The position numbers were made by a program, and so were the translations under genes. Source: Nageia nagi (taxonomy: Eukaryota > Plantae > Pinophyta). From it: 64,000 bases of DNA. The stretch's first letter is position 1. The number at the start of each line of letters is the position of its first letter. The notes below the pieces were generated by a model. It was not told the origin of the DNA, did not search any database, and worked only from the letters and a program-made list of their open reading frames with translations. Shown piece after piece: positions 1 through 14,425 of the stretch. The DNA lies in the NCBI GenBank assembly GCA_050084985.1, contig JBITNC010000001.1, positions 2,914,001 through 2,978,000 on the forward strand, written 5' to 3'.

Positions 1-596
1 AATGGCTGAGGTTGTCAGAACGCAAACTCTCCCTGATTTTGGTTGAATTAAAGCATACATTACAGGTGGGGATCCAAACTAAAAGAACGAATGCCCATAT
101 CTCTAAAGTGTATTATAAGCCCAAATGTATTGTACTACATATTCTCATGTTCATTTATAAATTGTTATAGGCATGACCATAATTACTGTTAGGATTAAGG
201 TCTCATTACTTTGTTATGGCTTTGAACACCTAACACTAATAAACATTATTTCATGCATAAATATTTATATGACGACCTTTAATATATTTTTATTAGTCAA
301 TACTTTATTTGTGAACCATAAAGTATTAGGGTTTGGATATTAATACTACCTGCTATTAATACTCATCACCTGCAAGTACAAGAATCTAATTTTGACTCAT
401 CATTTTTGAATAAATGAAAGTACTTTTGACTTATCATTTTTGAGAAATCTTACTTGACCATAATATCCAATAAAGACAGTATCTGTTGCCACCTCATTAA
501 AAGAAAATAGAGAATAAATCTCTTTGTAGCCTTTCAAACCTCAATGTTCTGTTCAAGTGTTTGGTTCTTGTTTTTGCTACATTGTGTTTTCCAATT

Positions 597-3260
597 TGGT
601 ATCAGATTTTTTATCCATCACCACCTTCAATTATGTGGAGCTGCTGCTTCTTTCGTGGACTTGAAATTTTAATTGGTTGTTGTACCAGTATATTGAGTTC
701 AGAAAGAACTTTCCACATCCTCTTCTGCATCAAGATTTTGATCTTGTTCCCTGAACTACCCAAAATTTCTCTTCATTGCTGAAGAGATATTTCAGATTGA
801 AACTCACTACACTAGATCCGGTTTAGAAAGACCTTTCTCGCACATTTTTGGAAAGTGATTTGTACTCTTGGATTGTGAGATATGCCAATTTGAAGTTTCT
901 TGGTGGATTAGAAAAATAAGTTTACCCTCAAACTTTTAAATTAGTGTCCATTATTATAAATTAGTAGATTTTTTAAATTTTATTTTAAAACTTCATAATT
1001 TTCAAAGCTTTAAACCATGAAAAATCTAAAAGACGCACTTTTTCAAATTAATACAGTAACTTGATCATACAAAATTAATTTTCAACAATTTTACAATCTT
1101 GGGGAAGTTCTTTCCAAGCACTATGCAACTGGGCAGATTAGGACCTTTGATTTTGCACTTTTTATTTTTGCTTATTCAAGTTCTTTGTGAATTTTTCCAT
1201 TATGAACCACCTTCCTATCATATCCAACAAGATGGATGGAACCAACAATGATCGAAGGCCCAACAAAATGTGGAGTAAATGCTTGCCTCGACAACTATGA
1301 CAAATACATCAAGCAAAATATCTCTAATCCCAATGAACAAGAGGCTAAAGAAATGAAGAGAGTTGTTGTAAGTCGCAAGGTAAACACAGATCATGACTTG
1401 AGATACCTTATTGAAGATGTGAAAAATCCTAGAGCCATGTAGACTACTTTGTAGAACACCTTTAACAAGACTCGAGCTGATGAGACAGCATTTGTACGGA
1501 AACAGCTCATGGACCTTAGACCTGATTGTGGTGGCATCTTCCCATACTTAAACAAGATTAAAGTATGGAGGATAAAGGTCAAGGCTTGCAAAGAAGCAGA
1601 CTTAGAAGATGAAGAGCTGTACTTCATATCATTGATCATCTTCCTAGTACCTTGGAGGATTAAACACAAGTTCTTGAGGAATGAAAAGCTTCATGGAATC
1701 GCTCTTCCTAAAACATTGAAGGAAGTTCAAACTACATTACTCTCTAAATAAGTAGATATGAAGGTTCATGGCTTGGAAGAGTCCTCTGTGGGCCAAGCAC
1801 ATATTTCGAAAACAGATGGTTTCAAACGTAAAAAGGATCCCAAAGAAAAAGGAAAGGATAAGTTCAAAAGTAAGCACAAGGACACTAAAGCACCATCATC
1901 AAGCAATGAGAAACCCAAGCAAGAGAAAAAGAATGAGGAAGAGGACAAGAGGAACCAAGAATGTGAAAACTGCAAAATGAAGAACCATGACTCTTTGTGA
2001 TGTTGGAAAAGGATTCAAGACACAAGTGAAGAGACTTAGAGAAGGCAAGTCACAAAGTAAGACAGGTTTTGTGCATGCCAAATGTTTTGCTACTTAAGCT
2101 TATCATGATTCTTCATCTACCACTTGACTATTGGATTTGAGTGCTTCATATCATATGGCCAAAGGCAAGGTAGTCTTTAATACTCTTGATTTAGGGGTCC
2201 CTTCTAATGAGACCATGAGAGTAGCCAATGATAAAAATGTTCCTATTTAAGGAAACGTAGATGTAAAGTCTCTGCATGCCAAGGATGTATATTTTGTTCC
2301 AAATATCGGTGTTAAGCTTGTATTTATTTATAGACTTGCCAAGAATAAGTTGAAGCATTTCTTCGGTAAATATCAGGTGCTCATCATGAAGAAGACTAAC
2401 GATGAAGCTATTCCTGAAAAAGGAGTGATGGATGACAAAAATTGTCGTTTTCAATTCAATGGCTTCATCAATGATGATCCATAGAAGGCTTTGATCATTT
2501 CGTTTTTTGTGTTCAAAGAAGATGGTTGAAAGCCCTTCCATCAACACACAACCCCCTAGAGGTGTTTGTGAAGGATGTGAACTTGGCAAGCAACATAGAG
2601 TCTTTTGAGAAAGGAAAGGCAAATCATGCATGGAACCTATTGAAGCTCGAACAATCAAACTTATGTAGACACATGGCCACCCCTTCACTTGGTGTTGCTA
2701 AATATATTCTCACCTTATTGATGATTATTCAGTGAAGGTTTGGGTATATCTCTTAAAAAGTGATATTTTTGAATATTTAATAAAGTTCAAAGTATTAGTG
2801 GAGAATCAAAATGGGCAGACCAGACTTCGCAAACAGATAATGGTGGAGTATATAAAAAATGCATTCAAGACTTTTTGTAGAAACATGGGATTAATCATCA
2901 ATGTACTATTCCCTATAGTCTGAAGTAAAATTGCATAGTGGAGCAAAAAGAATAGAATGCTCATTGAGATGACTAGATGTATGCTTTATGCATAGAAAAT
3001 GGAGCTTAAATTTTGAAAGCAAGCCTTTATATGTGCTCGTTCCATTATTGATGGATCCCCCACAAGAGCTCTCAAAGACGTCACCCCTGAAGAAAGATGG
3101 AGTGGAAGAAAGCCTAATGTTGCAAACTTCAAGATCTTTAGTAGTGATGCTTAGGTCCATATCCCCAAGGTGAAGAGAACCAAGTTGAAGCCCAAAAGTA
3201 TGAAGTGCACCTTTGCAAGCTATGCAATAGAGAATAGAAGTGCACCTTTGCAAGCTATGC
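597..3260 (+). mobile_element. Degenerate, 3'-truncated Ty1/copia element (PBS, gag, protease, partial integrase)
   Basis: Met-tRNA PBS TGGTATCAGA at 597-606, just after an LTR-like CA at 593. Decayed zinc knuckle CENCKMKNH at ~1960, protease-like LLDLSASYHM at ~2130, integrase remnants (CEGCELGKQH, VWVYLLK, DNGG) at 2560-2850. Many stops and frameshifts; the 5' LTR start could not be located. Confidence 0.75.
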
Positions 3261-4509
3261 CCAAGAGAGGACGATAAAAGACCATTACAATTCTAGTAGG
3301 CAATAGAGAAGTCACCAACCTCAATTGCGACCTCTACGATTTCGTCTCTCAAGCTAGATACCCAAAACAATATAAACGAAATCACAACAAAACCCTAATT
3401 TAATCAAGCAATACTACACCATTGCATCCTAGTGTTGACAATGCTCACGGTCCCTTGCACAAACTAGAGAGAAAAATGCATAAGATATAGCTTAGGTGGT
3501 CCTTTATTGATAATAGCATGTAACATAACACTACATAGATCATAACATCCTAAGGGTCATATGACAACACCTAAGGTTAGTATATCATGGTCCATGAAAT
3601 GACCACCCCAAAGGGGAGGTGTCATGAATGAAATGTTGCAATCATGGATTACTCATTTGTTTTATTTTCTAGCAGCTACAACCAGAGTACAAGATTTTTG
3701 AAGCTCCTCCACTTAAAGTCTTGTGAGAACATCCAAATAGATCTTGTTGAGGAAAGAGAATAACTTCCTTTCAACTTTAAGTGCCTACACACACTCTTCG
3801 GTTGACCTAATCCTAGTGAACAAGGTGTTGTCTAAGATTACCCAAGCCTTGTCCAAGGAGATGTCTTTCAAGTCAAGGGTTTGGTGTAAGGAGTGGTTGA
3901 CCTACATGGTATCAACAAGCTTGGGTAAGCCACAAATTCGAAGGTTGAGAGCTTTGGAAAATTGTATCCCATCTTCACCGAATTTAACCTTGATCACCAT
4001 TTCAATGGTTAAAAGGTCCTTGCTTCCCTTTTACCACTTGAACCCATGATTTGTGTTGGTGTTTAATTTTTTGAAATTGCCTCATGAAGTTGCTTGAGAT
4101 GAAAAGCGTCCATAGGAGAAACTTAAGATTTTTCTTGATATTTTTCAAACACAATGACACTAGCTTGACAATCAACAATAATGTTATCTTTCTCCAATAA
4201 TTGTTGTTTAAAAAGGGATAGCATCTCCAAAGTCTATTGTAATGAAGCTTAGATGTCTTGATGGAACGAATTTTTGGCCCTTACGCAAAGGGAAAAGAAA
4301 CTCTTGCAAATCTCCTACATAACAAGAGTTTCCATGGCAAGGTCAGGCAAATAGATAGTTGGAAGTAAGCACATGGTCGCAATGTACAAACAAGCAAGTG
4401 AAGGAACTTGAGCATGTGGCACATGCATAGGCATGGGCGTGAGCATACAGAGTTACGAATGCAAGAGCTGCAAGTGCACAAACACATGGAGGAGATGCAA
4501 TGCATGGCA

Positions 4510-4939
4510 TGTTAGGAGATGAAGTCAATATCCAGATCTATGGTGTTCTTCTATAGTTGCTATTTTTAGCATATTTTTATTAATAGAGTGTTGTTTTATA
4601 GCGCAGCTATTATTAATTGAGGTTGTTATTAGTAACACCTATTTTTAGAGCATTGTTTTATAGCTCAGTTATTATTAGTTGGCGCTATTTTTAGTAACAA
4701 CTATTATTAGAGAGTTGAGAGTTGTTTACAAAGCAACAATGGAATCTTTCTATTCTTTTTATAAAAGAGGATAGACCACTTGTCTTTGTATACGATGAAA
4801 GTTGTCAAGTAATAAAGACTGAAGTTGTCATTTGCCCTATGGTTTTTCCTTGCACATTGCAAGGTTTTCCACATTAAATCTTTGTTTTTATGAGTTATTT
4901 TTCTACTGTTTGTTACAATGTGCATGTTGATTTCTAACA
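4510..4939 (+). repeat. 5' LTR of copia A
   Basis: Direct repeat of 13995-14425; TGTTAG...TAACA; followed by a PBS-like sequence. Confidence 0.9.
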
Positions 4940-7075
4940 GTTGCTATCAGAGTTAGGTTATCTTGAAACTCGTTTAGGGTTTTGTGCAAATGGGAGTTGT
5001 AACAATGTTAGGAGGTGTAACCAAGTTTGAGATTGAGAAGTTTGATGGCAATAACTTTACCCTATGGAAGATGTAGGTAGAGGATTTGTTGGTTTAGAAT
5101 GATCAAGCCCTAGCTTTAAAAGGGGCTAGGAGTAAGCCCAACAGCATGACAAATGAGGAGTGGAAAAAGCTAGACAGAAATGCATTTTCCACAATTAGCC
5201 TCTACCTAGCACACTTTATCTTGTTTAGTGTTGCTGAATAGAAGACCATAAAAACCCTTTGTGAGAAGATTGTGAAGTTGTATGAGACTAAAACAACTAG
5301 GAACTTCTTGAAGAAACAACTCTATAGTCTGAAGATGGAGAGCTCAATTGTAGTAAATCATCTAAATGAGTTTAATACTCTTACTAGTAAACTAGTCTAT
5401 CAATGTGAAGATAGATGATGAAGACAGAGCTATCACTCTGCGTTGTTCCCTTCCAAACAACTAGGATTACTTGTTTATAATTCTAAACATTGATGATGTA
5501 GTAGCCACTTTGTTGGGAGAAGAGTTGAGGCAGAAATTGTCTCTAGAACCCTCTACCAATGAAGCCCTAGCTATGAGAGGAAGATCACAGTTGAGATATG
5601 AATCAAAAGGACAAAAGAAGAAAGGGAATAGTTGGCACTGTGGTAAGCCAAGACACTTGAAAAATGATTGTTGGCTTTTGAAGAGGGAACAAAATGACAT
5701 AAAACAAAATCAGCCATAAGTTGAGGCTAGTACAGTAGAAGAGACCATAACATGTGTGGCTTTATGTACCAGTATCAGCAAATCTTTTTTAAACAGATGG
5801 GTATTGGACTCAAGTGCATCTTTCCACGAGTCTCCATGTAGAAACCGGTTTGTTAAATATCAGCCATATGATGGAGGTGTGATTTACTTGGGTGATGATT
5901 ATCCTTGTGCAATTGTGAGAAGAGGAGACATAAGGATCAAGCTGGACAATCGTAGAGAAAGGATGTTGTGTGATGTTCAACATGTGACTGACTTGAAGAA
6001 GAATTTGTTTTCCATCAAGATGATGGATAAGCTTGGGTATCTTACTGCTTTTGGAAACAATTCTTCCAGAATTACCAAAGGATCCTTAGTGTTAGCAAAA
6101 GAAGAATCTTATGGGACTCAATACCATTTGTGTGGTGATACAATAACAAACCATGCAGCAGCAGCAAACTCTGGTAGTGCTCAAGATGCATTGATGTTAT
6201 GGCATAAGCGCCTTGGGCATATGAGTGAAAAAAGATTGAAAATCTTGCATACTCATGGTATGTTTGTTGAGATTAAGTCTTGCAATTTAGACCTCTATGA
6301 GCATTGTATTTTTCGTAAACGAAAGAGGTTTACTGCAAGCATTGGTAAAAGTTTTGGTTTTCTACAATTAATACATTTTGATATATGTGGACCTATCTCC
6401 ACTCTGTCCATAGGTGGTTACAAGTATTTTTTGACATTTACAGATGATTACTCTAGAAGAGTATGGGTTTATTTTATTATAAGGAAGTCAAATGATTTTG
6501 GGGAAATTCAAAGAATTTAAGGCAAGAGTAAAGAAAATCTTAGACAAGCATGTTATATGTCTAAGGTTAGATAATGGGGGTTTATATTGTTCAAATGATT
6601 TTGATCAGTTTTGTACACAGTATGAAATTAAACACTAGAAGACAACTTCATATACTCCACAGCAAAATGGAGTGGCTGAGCTAATGAACCGCACAATCAT
6701 GGAACGTGCAAGGAGCATGATTACTTAGCTCATCTAAGTTGGAGAAAAGGTTTTAGGCATAGGCTATTAATCAGTTGTTTACCTTATAAATAGGTCACCC
6801 ATAGCTGCATTGGATGGACAGATTCCAAAAGAGGTTTGGTGTTATAAGCCAATTGATTATTCTAATTTATGTACTTTTGGATTTAATGCATATGCCCATG
6901 TACCTAAAGAAACGAGGTCCGAAGTTAACCCTAAATCAAAGAAATATGTTTTTATCGACTATGGAGATACAATGAAGTGGTATAAATTGTGGGAACCTAC
7001 GACCCAAAAGATAATGTTTAGTCAGGTTGTTATTGTTAATGAAAAATCCATGCAAAGGAAATAGGAACTACAAAC

Positions 7076-7502
7076 CATAGAATAAAAAAACACCGTTTAA
7101 ACGCAAAAAAACGCCGTTTTTTTCGTTTTTTGAAAAAATCCACTTTTTCCCTCGAAAAACGTAAAAACATCGTTTAAACGCCATTTAAACAGGCAAAAAA
7201 TGTTGATCGTAGGTTGAAAACGTGGCCGTTTTTACTGTTTTTTTCCGTATTTTCCATTAAAAAGTCCAAAAAATGTAAAAGGAGAATATACCCCTTGTCG
7301 TTTTTTGGCCTTTTTTTGTTTTTTGGCAATTTTTTATCGCGAATTTTCCCCTTTTTTAGCATTTTTTGTCCGTTTTTCCCGTATTTACGAATTTTAAAAC
7401 TCACGAATTTTGTCGTATTCAACATATTTTGACCATTTATTGGCCATTTTTACATCTTTAGCCTGGAGCCATATTTTCAAAAAACCGTTTTTTAATTCTA
7501 TG
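7076..7502. mobile_element. Non-autonomous hAT element (MITE-like), 427 bp
   Basis: TIRs CATAGAATAAAAAAAC / GTTTTTTAATTCTATG. Perfect 8-bp TSD CTACAAAC at 7068-7075 and 7503-7510. No coding capacity. Confidence 0.92.
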
Positions 7503-7780
7503 CTACAAACACCTAAAATTATGCATGTCGAAGTTGATATGAATGTTAAAAAATGTGAAGATATGCATGTTGATCAACATGTAGAACAGCAAGTTCAAAA
7601 GCCTCAACAACCACAACAAGAAGAGCCACAACCAACAAATTATTGGGTTAGAAGATCTACACATTCACAAAAGCATACGATGAGGTATTCTCTTGATTTA
7701 AAGTGTTCTTTTGCTTTGTTAATTAATATTGGTGAGCCTAGCTCATTTCAAGAAGCTAAAGAATCTAAGAATGCAAAACA

Positions 7781-10700
7781 TGAAACAATTTGAACACACA
7801 ATAATCTAATTCATTAAGCAAATTCGAAGTACAATATATAGAACCTCCATGAGTAACTAAAACTGAGCTCATGGAGGTTACATGGAGTACCAAAAATGAA
7901 TGCTACGGACTTTTACACAAATCCACTCAAATCCGACTAAAAATAGCTAAATGGGAGTTACAATCATGATCTAGGACATTCTCCCATCATCCCTATGAAG
8001 TAAGAGAGCTTGAGTCAAAGTGCAACTAAGAAAAAATTGAAGCAAATATCATAAATGCCATAACTGACAAAACGCGTAGGGTTGCTGAAACGCGACAGTG
8101 TTTCCATAGACAATGAAACGCATCGACGTTTCATTCTAGCGAGAATGAAAAACTTAAGTCTCCAACATACTCCCCCTTGAAGGTGAAAAGACTGACCAAG
8201 AAGTCTCTCAACTTCACAAATTAATGTGTACCAACACCTTGGTGAACAGGTCAACCAGATTGTCCTCACTCTTGCAATAATACAATTCCACAACTTTCTT
8301 CTCAACCATATCCTGGATGAAGTGGTATTTCATATCAAAATGTTTGGATCTGGAGTGATGCACAGGATTCTTTGCCAACTGTATGCCACTTTGGTTATCA
8401 CAGAACAAGGTGGTTGAACCAATTTGTCTCTCCTATCTCCTCAAGAACTTTCCGCATCCACAAGGCTTGTGCACTAGCACCAATGATGGCAATGTATTCA
8501 GCTTCAATGGAGGATAAGGCAACTATGGTTTGCTTTCTGGAAGACCATGTAACAAGATTTGTACCAAGGCTAAAACAATTGTTGGAAGTAGACGTTCTAT
8601 CATCAATACTGTTACCCTAATCACTATCACTATATCCAACAAGTTTTACATCTTTGTTTTTGAGGTAATGGATGTCAAAATCTTGTATGCCTTTGACATA
8701 TCTCATAATTCTCTTGGCTGCGTTTAGGTGAATATCTGAAGGAGCACTCATGTATCCAGACACAAGTGAAACAGCATGACAAATATCAAGCCTTGAATTT
8801 ATCAAGAACATCAAGCTCCCAACCATGCTTCTATAAGTGTGCACATCAACTTCAGCATCCCTATCATCTTTAGTTAAGTGTTCTCCATGAGCAATAGGAG
8901 TGACAACAGTTGTACAATCATCCATGCCAAACTTATGCAACAAATCATTAGCATACTTGGTTTGAGAAAAAAAAAAATTGACTATCATCTTGATATACCT
9001 CCAAACCAAGAAAATAGTGCATAAGACCAAGATCCTTCATTTTAAATTCTTGCATCATGGAGTTCTTGAAAGCATCATTCATTCTAGAATTGCTACCCAT
9101 GTAAATAAGATCATCAACATAAAGGCAAATCAGCAAAATATCAATACCATCATGCTTGTAGTAGAGAGTTGATTCACTTTTGCTTCTTGTGAACCCATAA
9201 TTCTGGAAATACCCATCTATCCTTAAGTACCAAGCCCTTGGGGCTTGCTTGAGGCCATCATTATTACATGCATTTTCATAACAAGAAGGCTCTAAATCAA
9301 CACTAGCCATCAATGCAAAACTAACCAATTCACCCTTGGGTTCACCATCCAACTCATCACTATACAAATGGAGATTTTCAAGCCTCTTAATTACTTGATC
9401 TACTTCTTTTGCTTGTCCTTTAGTTACTCTCTTTGAAAAAGTCTGAACTAACATTTGAGAAGGAGGATGATTTGCAAGTGTTCTATTACGTTTTGCTTTA
9501 CCATTCTTGCTTGGAGAACCATCACCATCACTTGGAACATCTTTGGGCTACACTTGTACGGGCTTTTGTGGACTGTGTGATGCTTTCGGCTGCTCATTTT
9601 GTTGGATGGGCTGAACAGTAGATTGTACATTACAAGAGCTTTCATCAAAGGATCCATCTTCAACAAGTTGTTTTTGATGACTCCATGCTCTCCCTTCATC
9701 AAAGATAACATCTCTTGAAACAACAACTTTGTGAGCTTTAGGATTGTACAATCTATATGCTTTGCTGGCTGCACAATAACCAATAAATATACAAGGCTCA
9801 CTCTTTGGATCTAATTCTTGTCTATGCTCTCTTGGAACATGCACATAACCCAAGCAACCAAACACTCTAAAATGATTTACATTTGGCCTTTTATCATACC
9901 ATGCCTCAAAAGGTGTTATGCCATCCAAACTAGAGGTTGGACTCCTATTTAAAATATACACAGCTGTCCTAATAGCTTCAGCCCAATAAATATTGCATAG
10001 ACCTTTAGTTTGGAGCATGCTTCTTGCCATATTAGCCAAAGTTCTGTTCTTACTTTAAGCCACACCATTTTGTTGTGGAGTGTAGGCAGCAATGAGTTAC
10101 CTTCTCACTCCACAATCTTAACAATATTGCAAAAATTCATTACTACAAAACTCCCCCCCCCCCCCCTCTATTTGTTCTCAAGCATTTCAACTAATAGCCA
10201 TTTTGTTTTTCCACATTGTTATTAAACTCCTTAAAGTATGTAAAAGCTTCATCCTTTGTTTTAAGAAAGTAAATCCAACACATTCTTGAGTAAACATCAA
10301 TGAAAGTAACGAAATAGAAGTTTTTAGCAATACTTGGAGTTTGCATTGGCCCACATATATATCAATATGCACCAATTGGAGGGGGTAGGAGGCTCTCCAT
10401 GCTTGCCCTTTTGGGAAGCTTGATCTTGAATGCTTGCCCATAGCACAACCTGCACACACTTTTTTATGTTCTTGAACCTTTGGCAACCCATATACCATCT
10501 CTTTGGAGACCAAGCTTCTTAAACTTGCAAAATTTAGATGCCCATATCTCAAATGCCAAAGCCAACTTTTATCATCAATAGCAAAATTAGAGCTTTGCTC
10601 ACTAAATCTAAGAGGACATAATCTATTCCTTGTCATGGGAATAGTGGTGACATGTTTATGCCCTTTGTTCTTATCAAAAATCATACATTTTCTATCCTCA

Positions 10701-12446
10701 AACACAAGTTTGTAATTCTTTTCCATTATTTGGCCCACTCAACAAATTATGCTTCAACTTTGGAATGTAATACACATCATTAATCATTTTGTTACGTTCA
10801 TTTGTAGACATCTCCATAGCTCTTGTGCCTTCAATTTGAATAGCTTTGTCATCTCAAAGTGTGATCTTGGACTTGTAGGAGTCATCCATGGCACAAAACA
10901 AATCTCCCTTGCCGGTCATATGGTTGGATCAACTTGTGTCAAGGATCCATGTCTCATCTAGCTTTTGGGTCGAATGGGCATAAGACAAGAACAATGTGGA
11001 GGATCCATCCTCCTCACCATAGTTGGAACTTTGGCCTCCCTTTTGAGAAGCCTTTAATCTACATTCTCTTTCATAGTGTCTGTACTTGTTACAATAGTAA
11101 CATTGTTTGTGTCTCTTGTCATCTCTTGGAGAATCCCCTCTTACCTCTTCCTTGGAATCCTCCTCTACCTTGGAAGCCATCTCTCCTTCCTCTTCCTCTT
11201 CCTCTACCTTGAGCTCCCCCTTGACAAGTGACATTCTTTAGAAGTGAAGATCTTCTCTTCCACACTCCCAACATTTGAAAGTGGAGCAAGTCTTTCCTCA
11301 TGAGACATCAAGGAACCAATAAGCTAATCAAGAGTAAGAGTGCTCAGATCTTTGGTCTCTTCAAACATAATAGAAGTTTGGCTCCATTTAGGAAGAAGTG
11401 TACTTAACACTTTCTTCACTACAACTAGATTTTTGATATCTTCTACAAGTGTTTCCATCATTTGGACACATGTCTTCACTCTTACACAATATTCTCCAGC
11501 TTTCTCATCCTCTTTTTGCTTCATATTCTCAAACTTTGTTTTCAAAGTCTGAAGCCTCAGTTGCTTCACTTAATCATTGCCTTGGAATCCATCTTTTAAG
11601 ACCTTCCATGCATCCTTGGTCGTATTGCAACTAGCAATCCTTGGGAACAGCCTCTTGTCCAAGGCTGATTGGAGATGGTAGATTGCAAAAGAATTCTTCT
11701 TTTGGGCCTCTCTCTTAGCAGGCCTATCAGCTTGAGGAAGTGTGGCCCAAACTGGCTTCACATAGCCATCTTCAATAATGTCCCACACTCTTTTGCCTAT
11801 GAGCAAATGCTTCATCTTCAATGCCCAATATTCATAATCCTCTCCATTGAATTCTGGTATGGGGAGAGAATTAACACCAGAAGCCATCTCTTTCACTCCA
11901 ACAAACTCAATACACACTAGAGGCCTATTTGGATCACTTTTTGCAAAACTTGCTAAGTCTTTGCAATGTACCCACAACCTCTTCAAACCCAACTAAGATC
12001 AACTAGCTCTGATACCAATATGAAACAATTTGAACACACAATAATTCGATTCATTAAGCAAATTCGAAGTACAATATATAGAACCTCAATGAGTAACTGA
12101 AACTGAGCTCATGAAGGTTACATGGAGGACCAAAAAGGAATGCTAAGGACTGTTACACAAATCCACTCAAATATGACTGAAAATAGGTAAATGGGAGTTA
12201 AAATCATGTTCTAGGACATTGTCCCATCATCCCTACAAAGTAACATACCCTGAATGAAAGTGCAACTAAGAAACAACTGAAATGAACATCATAAATATTG
12301 TAACTGACAAAACACACAAGGTCATTGAAAACGTGATGGCATTTCCAGAAACGCACAGGATTGTAGAAATGTGGAAGCATTTACATAGACAACGAAACGC
12401 GTCAACATTTCATTCTTACTAGAATGAAAAACTTAAATCTCCAACA
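7781..12446 (-). mobile_element. Ty1/copia element B nested in copia A
   Basis: LTRs 7781-8167 and 12021-12446. Reverse PBS GCTCTGATACCA at 12006-12017, reverse PPT at 8168-8180. gag (FNGEDYEYW; CYYCNKYRHYEREC), protease WILDTS, WLWHLRYGHLN, integrase, RT LYVDDL, RNase H (CDNQSGI, SKHFDMKYHF). Confidence 0.95.
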
Positions 12447-13994
12447 ACAAAGTGGAGAAAAGCCATGGATGAGGAAATGGAAGCTCTATATAAGAATGAA
12501 ACATGGGAGCTTGTAGTTCTTCCACCTGGGAGAAAGACTATTAGTAATAAGTGCATGTCCAAAATAAAGAAAAACAATGATGGATTGTTAGAGTGCTATA
12601 AAGCTCGCTTGGTGTACAAAAGTATGGTAAAGGTTTTAATGAAATATTTTCTCCAGTTGTGAAATTAACTATTGTTAGAGTTTTACTTGCTCTCATAGCA
12701 ATACAAAATCTAGAATTGGAGCCTATTGATGTAAAGACATCTTTTTTGCATAGTGATCTCAAGGATGAGATATATACGAATCAGCTTGAGGGCTATGACA
12801 AAAGAGGCAAGGATATTTAAGTTTGTAGACTCAAGAAATCATTGTATGATTTGAAACAGGAGCCAAGGATGTGGTAAAGAAAATTTGAGACCATGAAAAG
12901 TCAAATTTTCAGCAAAAGTGAAGCTGACCATTGTGCATATTATAAGAAGGTAGTTTCACTGTTTTGTTGTTGTATGTTGATGATATGCTAGTTGCAGGCC
13001 CTAGCATGTTGAAAATCAATTATCTGAAGGTTCAGATGGCTAGGACATTTGATATGAAGGACTTAGGAGCAGCAAACCAAATTCTGGAAATGAGGATACA
13101 TAGAGACAGAAAAGGATGGAAGATTTGGTTATCTCAACAATCATATATATTGAAAAGATTTTGCAACACTTCAACATACAAAATGCTAAATCAGTTACTA
13201 CCCCACTTCCTCCTCACATAAAATTGTCTTCTGCACAATTTCATAGTATAGAAGCAGAGAAGACAAGCATGTCTCATGTTCCATACTCATCAGCAGTAGG
13301 AAGCCTCATGTTTGCCATGGTGAGCACCAGACCAGACATTTCCCAAACAGCAGGAGTTGTTAGTCAGTTCATCGCAAGTTATGGTAGGTAGCATTGGACT
13401 GCAATAAAATTGATACTTAGACACTTAAGAGGCACTTCGGATGTTGCTATTTTCTATGGATCCAGAAACTTGTGCATTGACAGTTTTGAGGATGCATATC
13501 ATGGTGGAGATCTAGATGGATGCAAGTAATACTTTTATTGTTGATGGAGGATCTATGAGTTGGGCTTCTAAGTTGCATTCAGTGGTGGGTATGTCAACTA
13601 CTGAAGCTGAATATATGGTAGCAAAGAGGCTATTTGGCTAGAGAAACTGTAGAATCATTTTAGAATTATGCAAAGGTAGCTTTCTTTGCATTGTGATAGT
13701 TAAAGTGTTATTTATTTAGCAACGAATCCAGCATTCCATAATCATACAAAACACATCAAGATTTGATACCATTTTATCAGAGATTTGGTAGAGGAGGATA
13801 CAATTCTATTGAAGAATTGCTACTGAAGTGAATCCTACAGATATGCCTACAAAGCCGGTTGGAAGAGAAAAGTTTGATTCGTGCAAAACTTCTCTGGACT
13901 TGTTAATGAAGTAATGAAGGCAACATTGGGTAATGGCAGCATTGGATGGGAGAGATAGGCAAAGAAATCCTGTTATAAACTTCAAGCAAGAGAA

Positions 13995-14425
13995 TGTTAG
14001 GAGATGAAGTCAATATCCAGATCTATGATGTTCTTCTACAATTACTATTTTTAGCATGTTTTTATTAATAGAGTGTTGTTTTATAGCGCAGCTAATTCTA
14101 GTTGAGGCTATTGTTAGTAACACCTATTTTTAGAACATTGTTTTATAACACAGCTATTATTAGTTGAGGCTATTGTTAGTAACACCTATTATTAAAGCAT
14201 TGAGCGCTGTTTACACAGAAGCAGTACAATTTTTCTGTTCTTCTTATGAAAAGGGATAGACCCCTTGTCTTTGTATCAGGTGCTAGTAGGAAAGTAATAA
14301 AGACTGAAGCTGTCATTTGCCCTGTGGTTTTTACTTGCACATTGCAAAGTTTTCCATGTTAAATATCTGTGTTTTCTGAGTTATTTTTCTGTTGTTTGTT
14401 ACAGTGTGCTTGCTGATTTTTAACA
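13995..14425 (+). repeat. 3' LTR of copia A
   Basis: Direct repeat of 4510-4939, preceded by a purine-rich tract. Confidence 0.9.

Larger units (their letters stand above)
4510..14425 (+). mobile_element. Full-length degenerate Ty1/copia element A with two nested insertions
   Basis: LTRs 4510-4939 and 13995-14425 (TG...CA, ~430 bp). Near-TSD TGGCA/TGGAA, degenerate PBS at ~4942. gag (IEKFDGNNFTLWK; knuckle WHCGKPRHLKNDC), protease WVLDSSASFH, GAG-pre-integrase LWHKRLGHMS, integrase, RT LLYVDDML at ~12970, RNase H to ~13900. Confidence 0.95.

Noticed and set aside
1-78. Possible minus-strand exon after ttttag (FGSPPVMYALIQPKSGRVCVLTTSAI)
   Set aside because: Short, cut by the window edge, no recognizable family and no upstream exon to link it to.
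350-369. Possible 20-nt micro-exon on the minus strand
   Set aside because: Splice-like signals only; no supporting coding context.
3202-3260. 24-bp direct repeat GAAGTGCACCTTTGCAAGCTATGC
   Set aside because: Small local duplication at the truncation point of a dead element; no sign of function.
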